A stretch of DNA of 64,000 nucleotides from NCBI RefSeq assembly GCF_009914755.1, contig NC_060938.1. The stretch is one strand, 5' to 3'. The notes beneath the pieces are model-generated. The model saw nothing but the letters and a program-made list of their open reading frames with translations, was not told where the DNA came from and did no database searches. The DNA is from the human T2T-CHM13v2.0 reference genome, Homo sapiens. The position numbers and the translations under genes are program-made. Of the stretch, positions 49,965 through 63,779 are shown piece by piece; position 1 is the first letter of the stretch, and each line of letters starts with the position of its first letter.

Positions 49965-51553
49965 AGATAAGTTGAAAGTTCACTTCAACTTACCTCTAAA
50001 ACACAGATGATAAGGTCTGCCTGGTCTGTCTCATAGAGAGTGTGAGAAGCAAATGAGAAAAGCTTAGAAACTGTTAGTTTATGAGTCGTTAGGAATCCCC
50101 CGCATGATAGCTAAATGCTGTGATTGTGACTGATCTGGGAAAGTGCTCCTGTTGGAGTTCTAGAGCCTGTGGAGGTAGGATGGTGCTTTGCTGTGGCTGG
50201 ACAGAATGCCACGTCTGGATTTCAGGTCAAGTGTTGGTTAAGCAGTTGGAGACCGATGCTGTACAGGGGACAAATAGGCCAAGCCTGCAGACCAAGGCTC
50301 CCTGACCCATCAGGAAAGAGCAATAGCAGGCAGAAGATCCCAAGGTACATGGGAGGCAGGATCAAATGTCTGTGCAAAGAGCTAGGAGCTGGATATCTCA
50401 GGACCAGGTCAGAAAACACAGTTCAAAGTGGAAGAGGAGATGAGGACACACGGATTGCTATGGACAGATTTAGAAGGCTGGAGGCTACTCTGTTTGTGAC
50501 CTGGAGGTACAGTTCAGGTTGGACTGGAGGCTTCAGAAGCTGTGAATCCCATCTCCATGCGCAGGCTGCATGTTCAACAACTGATGAGGCTATTTCCTAA
50601 TAAATATCGTGTTAGTAGGGACCACAATAGGACAATACCAGGCAGTGGGGTTCAGTTTCCCAGATTCTGGATATGAACCAGAACCAAGTCAAGGGTGATA
50701 CTTTCAGCTCAGTCTACTCAAAGCCCAGGTTGTAACACAGAGGTTACAGGTCTGTGAGTGTTCCAACCGGTGAATGTTACCCAGGTGAACATCAGGCTCT
50801 TTTACAAAGTTCTGAAGACAAAACTCAGAATGGCATTCCTGGGAAGCATCCCTTTCCAGGGAAGACTAACCCTTGCCAAGATTGTTCCGTACACTGATTC
50901 TGCTACCATCCTCTCATAGCTGGTCTGTGGTGGTGATGCTGCACCCTAAGATATGGAAACAAAGAACTGTTGGCCATTCCTTCCTTCATTCCATTCTCTT
51001 TTAAGGATTCAGAGTAGTGATACATATTTTCCTTGCAGCCATGGTCAGTGCAAAAGGAAAGAAAGGAAGAATAGATGACCCAACATTTGGGATGGAGGGG
51101 TGAATTATTTAGGAAACATAGATAGCGCATCCAGTTTAGTCTAGGGCTGGGCAAAGTGTTAGTGATTCTTTTGTTCTCGCAGCTGGCCTTTGGAATTGCA
51201 CAGAGCCAGTGCAGTAAATAATACCGCTATTGTCTGCCTGTGTCAGAGACAGACAGAAGGTACATTTGGCCCACGTCCAAACACTGCAAGGGCCACTCAT
51301 AGTCACAGTGTCCAATTACTGCTGGCTTGACTATAAAATGCACTTATTTTTTTTTTTTTTTTTTTTTTGCTGAGCTAATTTAAGAATGGGCAGTCTTAAT
51401 GGCCCCCGCACAAAGAAGGGTTTTGCTACATCCTCCAGTGGGGAAAAATAAAGTTATGTTCAGAACAGAAACCAAACTGGCGTGGAGTAAAGATTATCCA
51501 AACAGCAATCTATTCATAGAACGGTAAATTGTGTTTTGGTTTCCCTTTAAGAA

Positions 51554-51661
51554 CGCGTTAGTGGGTGCAGCGCACCAGCATGGCACATGTATACATATGT
51601 AACTAACCTGCACAAAGTGCACATGTACCCTAAAACTTAAAGTATAATAAAAAAAAAAAAA
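51554..51661 (+). mobile_element. Young 5'-truncated L1 (L1PA2/pre-Ta-like) 3' end
   Basis: gcgttagtgggtgcagcgcaccagcatggcacatgtatac...cttaaagtataat plus poly-A; short TSD aagaa at a TTT/AAGA site. Confidence 0.93.
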
Positions 51662-53668
51662 GAAGAGGTAGAAAAAATAAAATCTGCTCAGTTTTGAGTT
51701 TCCTTGCACGTTATATTCAGGATGTCAGAGAAGATTTAATAAGAAGCAAGGGAAAATCAAAGAACTGGACAGCCCTGGCCATTTGCACAGAGAGTCACAG
51801 GAAACAGGAGGAAATGCTATCCTGTCTCTAAATGAATATATGACAACGACAATGGTGATGATAATAACAATAACAAGAGGTCACATCCAATGAGTAATTA
51901 TTTGCTGACATCATGATAAGTACTTTTTCTCCTTTAATATTGCCAACCTTGCTATGAGGGTTAACAGTATTTTACAGAGGAGGATAAACTGAGGCTTACA
52001 TCATTCAAACGACTCACTCAGGATTTACATGGTTGCTTAGCAGGTTATCAGGACTTGGAGACTTTGTCTTTAGGGGTTTGAAGAGTGTCCAAGGATGTGT
52101 ACTTATACCTGGCACTGGTTGGAGACTTATCACATTCACTGGCAACCTGGGGATGGTCTGCAAACAGGGACATCCCTTCACATGAAGCTGCGGAGAATTC
52201 ACCACTGCCTTGCAGCGGAGCAGCTCTCTCATTTGGTAAGATTCATCCCATCCTTTGTTGGTTCCACTCATCTGAGGCCCCTGTCTCTGCCCGGGTTTGC
52301 TTCTTTGTCCCTGGGGATCCCCAGGTCTAGTGTAATCCACTTATGGTGCTTCTGTGATCAGTAATTTCCAATAATCTCCCTTTGTCTCCCATTTCCCCAA
52401 CAAGGAGGTGTTAATTTGTGCTTTGGATAAAGAAAGAAGGAGAAAAGGGTGCTATTATATTAAAAAGAAGGAGGAAGAAAGCAAGCTTTAAACCCTTCTT
52501 TCTCCAGCACCAAACCTGCCACTTACACACTGAAAGGTCAGAAAAATAAACCCGAGATTTATGTTTGAGAATGTTAGAAAGTGGCACCTGACCTCGGTCT
52601 TTCTTTCCTTGCAGGAGGAAAATCAGATGCATCTCTCAGATATATTCACTCCAAATTTCAGAGGGCTTTTAAATACACATGTCCCTGACACAGCAGAGTT
52701 ATCTATCAAAATGTTAAATCCTTGATAGGCTCAGTGACGGAGAGTTCGACCACCGTCCCTTTCATCTTGCAATGTCTCACCGAGGGCTTCATTTGGAGAA
52801 AGACCAAAAAGCCACATCGGGGTAACGAGGAGGGATAAAAAGGAAAAACCGTCTGTTCCGATTTGCCGATCAGCAACCCGGAGAACACAGCACGTCGTCT
52901 GTCAAGGAAAATGAGGACATTTTTTCCGGCCTCTTTGAATCCTGAAAAGATACACATTCTTTGGGAAGAGAAAAGTGATGTCTCAATTCTTAAGGCAAAC
53001 TTTTCAAAGAGCTGAAAGTTGGATGGAGCCAACTTTCCTTGTGAATTGCCGACTTTCGGGCTGTTTGATATCTTAGCATGTAGGGGAAAGTTGAAGACAT
53101 TGCTTTTCTATAGGTGCTGTGGCCATGGGGTCTCCATGGAGCATGGGCCAGTCCTGACAGCAGAGCTGAGGGGCCGAGAGACTATGCTGAGTTACCAGGA
53201 AGGCTGACCTGACTCACAGGTCATTTCCCGGAAAACACCAAAACCCCTCCTGCCCCTTATCTTATTCCAACCCCAGAGGCTTTCTTAAAGTCCTTCTAAG
53301 ATCAACTAGGACTCAGATAGTGTTTATTTTGATTAATAATTCTCATCCACTGAGAGCCAGGCAGATCACTTAACTCTATGCACAAGTGGCTCCTTGGCTC
53401 TTGGTTTGCCCCCCAAACACCCCTAGATTTACCCATTAATTCATTCCTTCAACAATAGTATTGGGCACATGACATGTGCTTGGTCCTGAGGACAGGTGAG
53501 ATAGGTGTGGTCTCTACCCTTGGGTACAAACTGTAAAGGAGGAGGCAGCCATATTTTGAACAAGGGATAGTAAGGATGAAGATGGAGTGCACCACCCTTT
53601 CTACAGGGGCCAGGGAGGCTTCCCTGAAGCGGAGATTTGAAAGATAATGAATTAGAAGTCACCTGAGA

Positions 53669-54009
53669 ACAGTGCAGTGCAGTGCAGTGGCTCACACCTG
53701 AAATCCCAGCACTTTGGGAGGCTGAGGTGGGTGGATTGTTTGGGCTCACGAGTTTGAGACAAGCCTGGGCAACATGGCAAAACCCTGTCTCTACAAAAAA
53801 TACAAAAATTAGCTGGGTGTGGTGGTGCTCTCCTGTACTCCCAGCTACTTGGTGGGGGTGAGGTGGGAAAATCGCTTGAGCCCAGGAGTTAGAGGCTGCA
53901 GTGAACCGAGAAGGAGCCACTGCACTCAAGCCTGGGTAACAAAGTGAGATTCTGGACTCTGTCTCAAAAAGTAATAAGAATATAAATAAAATAAAAATGA
54001 AAATGAAAA
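53669..54009 (+). mobile_element. AluJ SINE with (CAGTG)4 at its 5' end
   Basis: Perfect 15-bp TSD agaagtcacctgaga at 53654-68 and 54010-24. Confidence 0.92.
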
Positions 54010-54407
54010 AGAAGTCACCTGAGATAAGGTGCGGTGCTTGTGTGGGTGAGGCTATATGTATGTGTTCAGGCAAGGGCCACAGAAATGCATCCTATAAAGT
54101 CCTAGAACCTTCGTAAACATCTCTGCTTATGTCACAGCCCTCTGTAGGCCCATCATGCCCGTAATATGATAATTCAGACTCTTTACTGGACCACTCAAGG
54201 CCCAGCCATGCTTTCTTTTTTGCTCTGTATCCCCAGAACACCCACCATGGATACTAGGGCATGCTCTGGGGGCACCTCACCAATCACAGAACCTGCCACA
54301 GGTGGCTGCTCTCAAACATTTTATATTGTCGTTTCTGCCTGGAAAGTTCTCCACACCCACCTTCTCTGCCTGTCCATATCCCTCCTATAAATTTCCTGCT
54401 CATGGTG

Positions 54408-54433
54408 AGTGTGTGTGTGTGTGTATGTGTGTG
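54408..54433. repeat. (TG)n microsatellite, followed by an antisense L1MC 3' end to ~54680
   Basis: gtgtgtgtgtgtgtgtatgtgtgtg; tagatttacagtaaagatgtcaagatagtacagag. Confidence 0.8.
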
Positions 54434-55538
54434 CGCACGCACATAGATTTACAGTAAAGATGTCAAGATAGTACAGAGAGCCCCCATAGACCCCTCTCCC
54501 ATTTTTCCCTACTACCAATTTTACACATTATTTCTCCCCTGTGTTTGTCACAATTAAGAAACCAACATTGGTGCATTGCTGTTGATTAAATTCCACACCA
54601 TACACAGATTTTGCTAGTTTTCCCACCAATGTCCTTTTTTTCCACTCTAGGATCCAGTGTGGGACACAACATTGAATTTAGCCGCATTTGTGTTTTTATT
54701 GAACTTTGCTTGTATCTGTGGGTTGGCACTGATCACAGCTTGCTTTGTGCTGGGTTTGGTAGTGAGAGTCCCAGAACTGCTCAATGTGGAATTCTGGCAG
54801 ATATCATCTCATAGGTGTCCTGTGGAGAGGGGCATCTCTGTGGACACTAAGTCCCAATCAATCTTCTAGAAGACACTGTGGAGTTGCCTGTTGGTCATAT
54901 GGCCAAGGCTTTCTGAGAAAAAGAGCATGACAACATGCCAGCAACCCCATAAGCCACCCCATGTAGGCACGCAAATCACACTGAGGTTAAAAGAAGCAAG
55001 GTGCTGCACTGGTTGTCAGTTAGCAAAGGTGGACATGCTTGGCTCTTACCCTGAATGGCATCATCCCAAATAATGATCTACAGCTGACATCTTACATTTT
55101 GCAGTGGCGAGCAAGATATATATTAAAAGCAAGTCAAATGAAAGATTTATAAACATTGCCAGCTACAATCCTATTTCTGAGTCTTGTAAAGTAATTACGA
55201 CTCTGATAGAGAGAACTCACTTCCCTCCTGCAAGTAAGGGAACAATAAATGAAGGGAGTCTCCAAGACAGCATCAACACCAAAGTTGCATGAGGCTAATA
55301 GCAATACATACCCACATCATATCTAGATGAGCCCAGACTGCCTTCGAGAATGGCAACATGGCAAAGATGACTACGTGGAAATGGGGAGAAGACTGCCATC
55401 TGGGTATGCAGGCAGAGAAGTTCAGAACTATCTCAGGAAACTGACCAAGCAATCAGTAGTCTTGCAGGGGTATGGAGAGGAATTCACAGCAAGAGACAAC
55501 TATTACTCCCTCTCACACCCAATTGGCCAGTTGCCTTC

Positions 55539-56138
55539 TGTATTAGTTATTTCTTGATGCATAACAAATTACTCCAAACTGAGTGACCTAAGAAAACAAG
55601 CATCTATTATCTCACAGCTTCTGTGGGTCAGCAGTCAGGAGTGGCTTAGCTGAGAGACTCAGGATCTCTCATGAAGTTGCAGGTAAAATTTCAGCTGGGG
55701 CTACAGACATCTCAAGGTCCAAATGAGATAGGACTCACTTCCAGACAAACTCGCCTGGCTACTGACAGGCCTCAGAAGATCCATTTCCAAGTACACTCAT
55801 TGTTGTTGGGCCCTAGCTCCTCACCCTGTGGGCTTCTCTGCCTGCTGCCTGGGGTACTCAACACACAGCAGGTGGCTTCCATCTCCCCCGGATCACCTCC
55901 TCTATGGCAGATGACTTCTCCCAGAATGACTTAAGAGAGAGAGATGGAAGCTTCCAAGATGGAAGCTGTAGTTTTCTTTATAACTTAATCTCAGAAGCGG
56001 TATCCTCTCACATCTAAGATATTCTGTCTGGTAGAAGTAAATCACAACCTAGCCCACACACAGGGGAAAGGGAAATATTCACCTCTTTTGGGGGAGGAAT
56101 ATCAAATAAGTTGAGGACATATCTTTAAAATCACCCTA
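55539..56138 (-). mobile_element. MLT1F-like LTR
   Basis: tgtattagttat...gcataacaaattactccaaac...ctcacagcttctgtgggtcag...ggcttagctg. Confidence 0.78.
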
Positions 56139-56428
56139 TTCTTCATGGTGTAGACAAATGGGATCCATGTTTTGTAAACATTAACCATCTTCTTACTCCA
56201 GGCACTAGACCAAGACTGTATTACAAAACTTGGTGTAGAAATAGTGCTGAGTAATGTTTTGAAGAATTAACGATAACATTCCATTCATATTAAAACACAA
56301 TAAATACAAAACAATGAGAAAATAAGACCTTCTCTCTGAATTACACCAAAGCTATGGGAACTGACAATGCTAATTCGTGCATATTTGGGATTTACTGAAG
56401 TAGCCCCAGAACCTTTGAAATTGTAGAC

Positions 56429-56639
56429 CGGGGATTGGCGATGTTTGTCTTCAAGGTCCAGATAATAAATATTTTCAGAGATGTGGTCTATGTAGTCTCT
56501 GTGATAGCTACTCGGTTTAGCTGCCATAATACAAAAGCAGCCATAGACAAGACATACATGAATGATTCTGCCTGTATTTCAATAAAACTTTATTGCAAAG
56601 CTGGCAGCTGCCCTGTGAGCCATAGTTTTCCAACCATCA
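56429..56639. mobile_element. MER58A-like (hAT) DNA element
   Basis: ccagataataaatattttcag...aaagcagccatagacaa...tttcaataaaactttatt...gccatagttt; flanked by tagac on both sides. Confidence 0.8.
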
Positions 56640-57896
56640 TTCTAGACTGTAAACTTCTTAAACCTTTACGTGCTACACTCCTTGAGGGCAGGGGCTGTGT
56701 CTCAACTCACCCTTGTAGTCCTATACCTAGTACAGCACATGGATGAGTAGGCAGGCACAAATGGTATTAATAAGTGAAGATATGAATGAGCTAATAATCA
56801 GGGTATTATTAAAATATAGATTCAATGTAGTAAAAAGTCTTTATTTGAAAATTTTCAATGGTATGTTTGGTGTATAAAGCAACTTTTGAATAACTACTGT
56901 TTATTATGTAACTCAGCTGTCAATCATATCCACACAGCACACAGACTACATTGGATACCAAAGTCTACTTCCGACAAAACCTGTCATGTCTAAATTATTG
57001 ACACAATAGGTCATTGTAACTCCTTTGGACTCATTAGGCTTAATTATGTCAAGGTCTCACTGAGGACTCTTTAAATCTGAAGATTCGTGAGATAATAAAG
57101 TATAATAGCTCCTTCGGAGCCATAAAGGTCTCTTTATGTCATGGGCTATTTGGAGATTCAATATTCCATAAGATTAAGATCACAATATTGTAAAAATGAC
57201 AACAATTACCACACCCTCAATGTCTTCCAAGTGTAAGTTAATCATCAGGACTTAGATAGGCCCACCCCTCATTCACTCCTTGGATCTTTGTCAAGGAGGA
57301 AAGGTGAAGGATTATGTGAGTTCACTATTAGCCTCTCTCATGACACCTAATTCCTGGCACACAGCTCTGTCTGCTCCTGGTGCAGTGTGCCTCTGCTTCT
57401 CACCTGACAAAGACATGCCCAAATGAAATGACTACCTTTGCCATTTCTGTCTGTCTGTGTTTAGGTACCAGCCATGCAGTAGGCTGCATACAACTGATAC
57501 CAAGTGATCATAGGAATCAACAACCTTAGGAAAAAAATACAAATAGTGGTTATTTTCCAAGACTAACTCAGAAAATGCTGATAATGATCTGTAGCTGAGA
57601 TAATGTGCTTTTTTAATGAAAGTAGCAGAAAAGGGGACTACTGCTTTATTAGTTAAGAGACATAATTAAAAAAATAATAAAAACCAAGGATAAATGGCTG
57701 TCTTAAAAGAAATAATTGCATCGTTAAGATAAGATAGGTTTGATAACAGGTAAATTAGAGAGTAAATGGTTAGCTATGGCCTCTGAAAATTAATATGTGT
57801 TAAATTATTATGAAGAACATAGCAACTTTACCATAAATATTAAAAAGTAGGCTAGAAACTTGTCTGTAGTACTCCAGCCCTAACATTACAGTTACT

Positions 57897-58943
57897 TGCT
57901 ATGACAAACAGACTTTAAGCTGGCCCTCTATGACCCTTGCCTTTTTGCCATGCCCTTATACAGTTCCCTTTTATTGTTGAATGTAGCCAGGACCTGTTGA
58001 AACCAGCCCAATTTTCCTGCAAAACTGATGTTTATGGTTTCTCTGAATAAATACAGACATTGATCCTCCCAGTCTTAAAACTTGAGAAAGTTACATTTGT
58101 TTTATCTGAGTTTCTTCCTCAGGAAACCAAGGTTTAGGCCTCCCAAGTAGTGTCAAGGAGCTAAAACTTACCAGATCACTGCATCTGGACAGTGAGATGC
58201 CAGACCCCTCACCCATAATGATTGCTTAGATGACCACTTGCTCCCTATTGAACAACTTCTCATCCTTACCTCTCCCTAATTCCTGTTTTCCCACACATGA
58301 TTACATTGTCTTGCCTGCTATATCGATCCCTAATTTTACTCAGTCAGGGAGATGAATTTAAGACTGATCTCCCACCTCCTCGACTGCAGCACCCTATTAA
58401 CGCCTTCTTCCTTGGCAATACTCGGAGTCTCAGTGATTGGCTTTCTATGCAGTGAGCAGCATGACCTAAACAGAACCCCTGGAGTTTCAGTAACACTGTG
58501 ACTTGCTTTTACTCAATAGAATAGGGCAAAGGCAATGGGATGTCATTCTAATGATTGTTTTACATCTCATGGTAAGATAATGGGATGTCATTCTCGTTAT
58601 CCCATTATTACATTACATTAGTAAGACTATTTTGCTAACAGGTTTCCTCTAGAGACTTGCTCTCCTTGCTGGCTTTGTAAATACAAATTGTAATAAATCC
58701 TATAGCAGCTAGAAAATGAATTCTGCAAGCACACTAAGTGGGTATGAAAACAGGTCCTTCCCCAGTTGAGCCTCCAGATGATAATCCAGCCCCCTAACAT
58801 CTTGATTTTTGTCTTGCCAAAAACCAAGCTAAGCTGTGCCTAGACTCCTGACCCACAGACCCTGCAAGATAATTAATGCATGTGACGTTTAAAGCCACTA
58901 ATTGCATGGTAATCTGTTACACAGAATTTTTTTTTAAATAATA
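57897..58943 (+). mobile_element. MLT1E-like LTR hosting an ERV1 LTR
   Basis: gactttaagctggccc...gacctgt|gacttgcttt...aatgggatgtca...ccagttgagcctccagatga...ttgcatggtaatctgttac. Confidence 0.75.
57998..58495 (+). mobile_element. MER4-group ERV1 solo LTR (LTR54/LTR56-like)
   Basis: tgaaaccagcccaat...gtttcagtaaca; perfect 4-bp TSD CTGT. Confidence 0.82.
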
Positions 58944-59984
58944 CATTATTTAGGTTCCAATTATATTTTTATATAAAAATTAAAATCATAGAATCAGAAT
59001 TTATTTTATATACTTCTTTTGAAATAATGCTAGCTCTTATGACATTACATTTGTATTATAAAATATAAACCTCTTGAGGGCAAAGAATTTCTCTGTCTTG
59101 TGTATCATTATATCCATAATGTCTAGTACAATCCCTGGCACTTATTTTATAATAAATAAATGTCTGCTTAGTTAACAAATGAATAAATAACATTATTGTA
59201 GTGTATGAATAATATTTCAAAGTGTTAGTTTACTATAGTTCACTTAGCTAATGAACAGTTGATTTGTTTCTAATTAATTTGATAGTTATATGTGACATGA
59301 TAAATGTCTTCACTCATATAATGTGAGCCACACACGTATTATTTCCTTAGGGATATAGACCAAAATTATGATTGAGTTCCAATAGAACAGAATTTTTTCT
59401 TCAATAAGAGGTTGTATCCCCATCACTTAGCACAGTGTCTAAAATGTGATAGATACTAAAAACTATGCTGAATGAATGCATGAGACTTTTTATTGCTCTT
59501 AATCGATGTGGCTCAATTGTTTTCAGACTGCATTTATTTATGCATTATTCAAATCACTTAACACTGTCGCTATCATTGTGTGAGAGTGTAATCACACTGT
59601 ACCTTTCCTAGCACTGGTTATTAAAACTTTAAAGATATATTAGTCAATTAACAGACAAAAATATGCACAGTTGTTTTATTTTATAGCTCTTGATTACTAC
59701 AAAAGTTTAGCATGTATCATTACGTTTCTTTACTAGTGGAATTTCCTCTTTGGTGAATGGTCTTCTCATATTCTTTGCATACTTGTGTATGGAGATTTCA
59801 ATATTTCACTTATTTATTAAACTTCATGAACTCTTTATGTAATATTGACATTTATCATTGTTCCATCATATTTGCTACAAATATATTCGTTTCTAGATAC
59901 TTCAAATGACTTTAAATAATTACAATAAGATAGGTTTTTATTAGATTTAATTTCACCTAAAATGTATAATGTTCTCATTTCCTT

Positions 59985-62900
59985 AATATTGTATATGTAC
60001 CTAGTAGCAGAGCTTCAAAACACAGGAACCAAAATCCCACAGAATTGAAAGTAGAAACAGATAAATCCACAATCATAGTTGGAATCTTTAACACAGCTCT
60101 CAGTGACAGACAATACAAGAAAACAGAAGTTGGTAAGCATATAGAAGACCTGAAAATCACTACTAACTTGCTTTCATTAACGATTATATGACACTCCACC
60201 CAACAATAGCAGAATACATCTTTTATTTTCAAGTATAAATGAAGCATTGACAAAGATAAAACATATGATGGGCCATAAATCAGGTCTCCATAAATTTAGA
60301 ATTTTCCAATAACAATAAAATAAAATTAGAAATATCACCAGGAAAATAAGTTAAAACAACTCAAATAATTTAAAATTGAACAAAACACTTCTAAATAAAC
60401 ATGGGTCCAAAAGAAAGTATAATAATAATTAGAAAAGATTTCTTAAATGTTAAAATAAATGAAAATGAATATACAACATATCAAATCTGGGGGATGTGGC
60501 TAAAAGAATTCTTAGAGGAAACTGAATGGCATTAAATACTTACATTAAAAGGAAGAAAAGTCCAAACCAATATTATTATAAGTTTTTACAATAAGAAGGT
60601 AGGCAAAGAAGAAAGTATTAAGAAAAAATAACAAATAACAAAGTAAAAGGAAAAGAGTAAAAATTCATGAAATACAATGTGGACAGACAATAAAGTAAAT
60701 CAAGAAATAAAGAGAGAAGGTACAAATAGCAAGTGTCAGGAATAACAAACAGGAATTTGCTACAGATCCAAGAGACACTAAAAATAATAAGAGAACATTA
60801 TGAACAATATTATGCCAATAAATTACTAAAACTGATGCAAGATGAAATAGAAAACACAAATAATTTTATATCTACCTAAGAAATTAAAGCTGTAATTAGA
60901 CACTTTCCACACAGAAAATTTTGTAGCCCAAGTGACTTTACTAGTTAATTCTATCACACATTTAAGGAAGAAATTGTAATTAAATTCCCTCATAAAAGTA
61001 AGGTGAAGAAAAATACTTCCAAATTAATTTAATGGGGCTAAGTTAACTTTATTACCATAACTAGACAAAAACAAAGATATTATAATAAAATAAAATTACA
61101 GAACAAAGTATCCCTCTTGATTATAGGTAAAAAAAATCATTTACAAAATATTAACAAATCTTTTCACATGCATAAACACGCACACACATAAATATGTGTG
61201 TGTGTGTATATATGTATATACAGTGTGATACATACAATGGTAATATATATATGGACACACATAACCTACGTAAACATGACAAAATACAGTAAATCTAAGG
61301 AATGACACATTAGTTTAACTTTAAAATCAAAGAGTAAAATTTCCTATGTTAATTTACTAAAAAAATTTAAATACGATTATCTTATTAAATGCAGAGCATA
61401 ATTTGCCAAAGTTCAAAACTCATTCAGGATAAAAACTCTGCAAACTAGAAAAAAAAGGGAACAGCACCAACTTGATAAAGAGTTCTACAAAGCTAAGATC
61501 AGACATAATTAAAAAAATGTATATTTTCCCTTTATATTAGGAAACAAGGTAAAGACGCCTGCTTTTACCACTTCTGTGTAACATTGTGTTAAATGTAGTA
61601 GCCAGTGCAATAAAGTAAGAAAAAGAAATAAAATACATTAAAATGGGAAGGGAAGTTAAACTATCTTTATCAGCATACAACATCATAGAAAACCCTAAGT
61701 TATATACAAAAAAATTAAGCCTAGGATTAATAAAGGAGTTCAATAAGGCTTATATACAAAAGTCATTTTATTTCCATATACTAGCAACAAATAATTGCAA
61801 ATTTAAATAAAGATAATAGCATTCCTTAATAGGAAATAACCCAAGACAAGATTAATAAAACACCTGTAAGACCTATACATTAAAAACTATAAAATATTGC
61901 TGAGAAGCAAGTAATGAAGACATAATCAGAAAATTATACTATATTTATTAAAATGTTAACTCTCTCCAAATTGATTCATATATTCAACACAATTCCAGAC
62001 AAAATCCCAGAAGGCTTTTTTATTTAGAAATTGACAGGCTGGTTGTAAAATTTATATGAAAAAAATATGGGACCTCGAATACCCAACAAACTTCACAAAA
62101 GAAGAATACAATCAGGTGATTGATATGGCATGATTTTAAGATTTGCTATAAAGCTACAATGGTCATGATAGTGTGTTATTTTTATGAGAAGAGATATATA
62201 GAACAATGGAACATATTAATGATTGTTCAAAAATATATCAAAACTATTCAGTGGGGAAAAATTCTATTCAACAAAAGAGAGAGAAATAGATAAATATCCA
62301 CAAGAAAATGAATATTTTCATAAACAAAAATAAACTCAAAATGGATTTACACTTAAACATGGCAGCTAAATTTAAAAATGTTCTAGAAGAAAACTTTAAG
62401 ACCTTGAAATAAGCAAAAATTTATTAGAAGAAACACAAAACACATGAACTGTAAAAAAAGTTATTAATAAATTAGACTTCATTATAATTAAAATCTTTAG
62501 CTCTTCAAAAGACACCACTGAGACAATGAAAAGGCAAACCATACTCAGGAGAAACTATGCTAAATATATATATTTTGACAAAGAATTTATGTCCAGAATA
62601 TGTGAAGAACTCTTAAAAACAAGAAAGCAAACAGCTCAGTTTTTAAAATAGGCAAAAAAATTAAGCAGACACTACTAAAGAAGATAAACAAATGGCAAAT
62701 AAGCACATGAAAAATATGTTCAACATTACTAGTTGTAACTTAAAACTACAATGGACCCTACACCATACCCCTTAGAATGCCAAAATTAAAATGGCAGACT
62801 CTGCCAAGTATTGGTGAATTCTAATATGAATTTTAATATGCTGTGCATGAAAATATAAAATGACACGAATATATTTTTTTTTTTTTTTTTGAGACAGAGT

Positions 62901-63435
62901 CTCACTCTGTCACCCAGGCTGGGATACAGTGGCGTGATCTCGGCTCACTACCACCTCCGCTCCCAGGTTCAAGCAATTCTCCTGCCTCAGCTTCCCGGGT
63001 AGCTGGGACTACAGGCACGTGCCACCACGCCTGGCTAATTTTTTGTATTTTTAGTAGAGACGGGGTTTCACCATGTTAGCCAGGATGACCTCTATATCTG
63101 GACCTCGTGATCCGCCCGCCTTGATAGTTTGATATAAATTTAAAAGTACTGTTACTATATGACCCAGAAATTCTCTTTCTTGTTATTTACTTAAGTGAAA
63201 GGAAGAGATGTCCACACAAAAACATTTACAGAAATGATCATAGCAAATTTATCCATAATAGCTCCAAGCTGGAGTCAATCCAAATGTTCATCAATAAGTG
63301 TGTGGATAAATAATGTTACAGCCATACAATGAAATGCTACTCAGCAATAAAAAGGAATAAATAACTAAGACATTCATCAATGTAGGTAAATGTTAAAAAT
63401 CATTTTGCTGAGCACAGAAAAATTAATACAAAGTG
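59985..63435 (+). mobile_element. Old L1M ORF2 to 3' region, ~3.2 kb, decayed
   Basis: aaatccacaatcatagttggaatctttaacac, gggccataaa, cagacaaaatcccagaaggcttttt...gaaattgacagg, ctactcagcaataaaaaggaat. Confidence 0.85.
62873..63123 (-). mobile_element. AluS/Y SINE lacking ~45 nt at its 5' end
   Basis: Poly-T, Alu body ending at gatccgcccgccttg. Confidence 0.9.
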
Positions 63436-63779
63436 TTCATAACCTAAGCTTTGTTCTCAAGGAGCTTGCATTCCACTAGGGAAGATCAACGTGTAAACCA
63501 ATGGAATAATTGTCCAAACCAGTGAGCCCTGAAACTGAGATTTCCCGTTTGGGGAACATATGTGCGAAAGCTATTCATTTGACATGGCATTAACTTGGAT
63601 GTTAAAGAATAGGGAAATTTCTAAGTAGACAGCAGCATGTTTACATGTCAGGCATCTTTAACCAGGCCTGACCCCTGTCTCCTCCTCCACATCCCTTCAC
63701 ACTCTTGTTTCCATTTCTCACAATGCTGCAGGCATCCAAGATGCCAAGATCTTTCCCACTTCCAGGCCCTCATACCTTC

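Noticed and set aside
52726-52755. Pol III A-box/B-box-like taggctcagtg...gagttcga
   Set aside because: Boxes are nearly adjacent, far closer than in tRNA genes or SINEs; no cloverleaf.
53441-54073. 210-aa minus-strand ORF (likewise 33561-34040, 9336-9764, 12118-12448)
   Set aside because: Antisense Alu read-through peptides, not genes.
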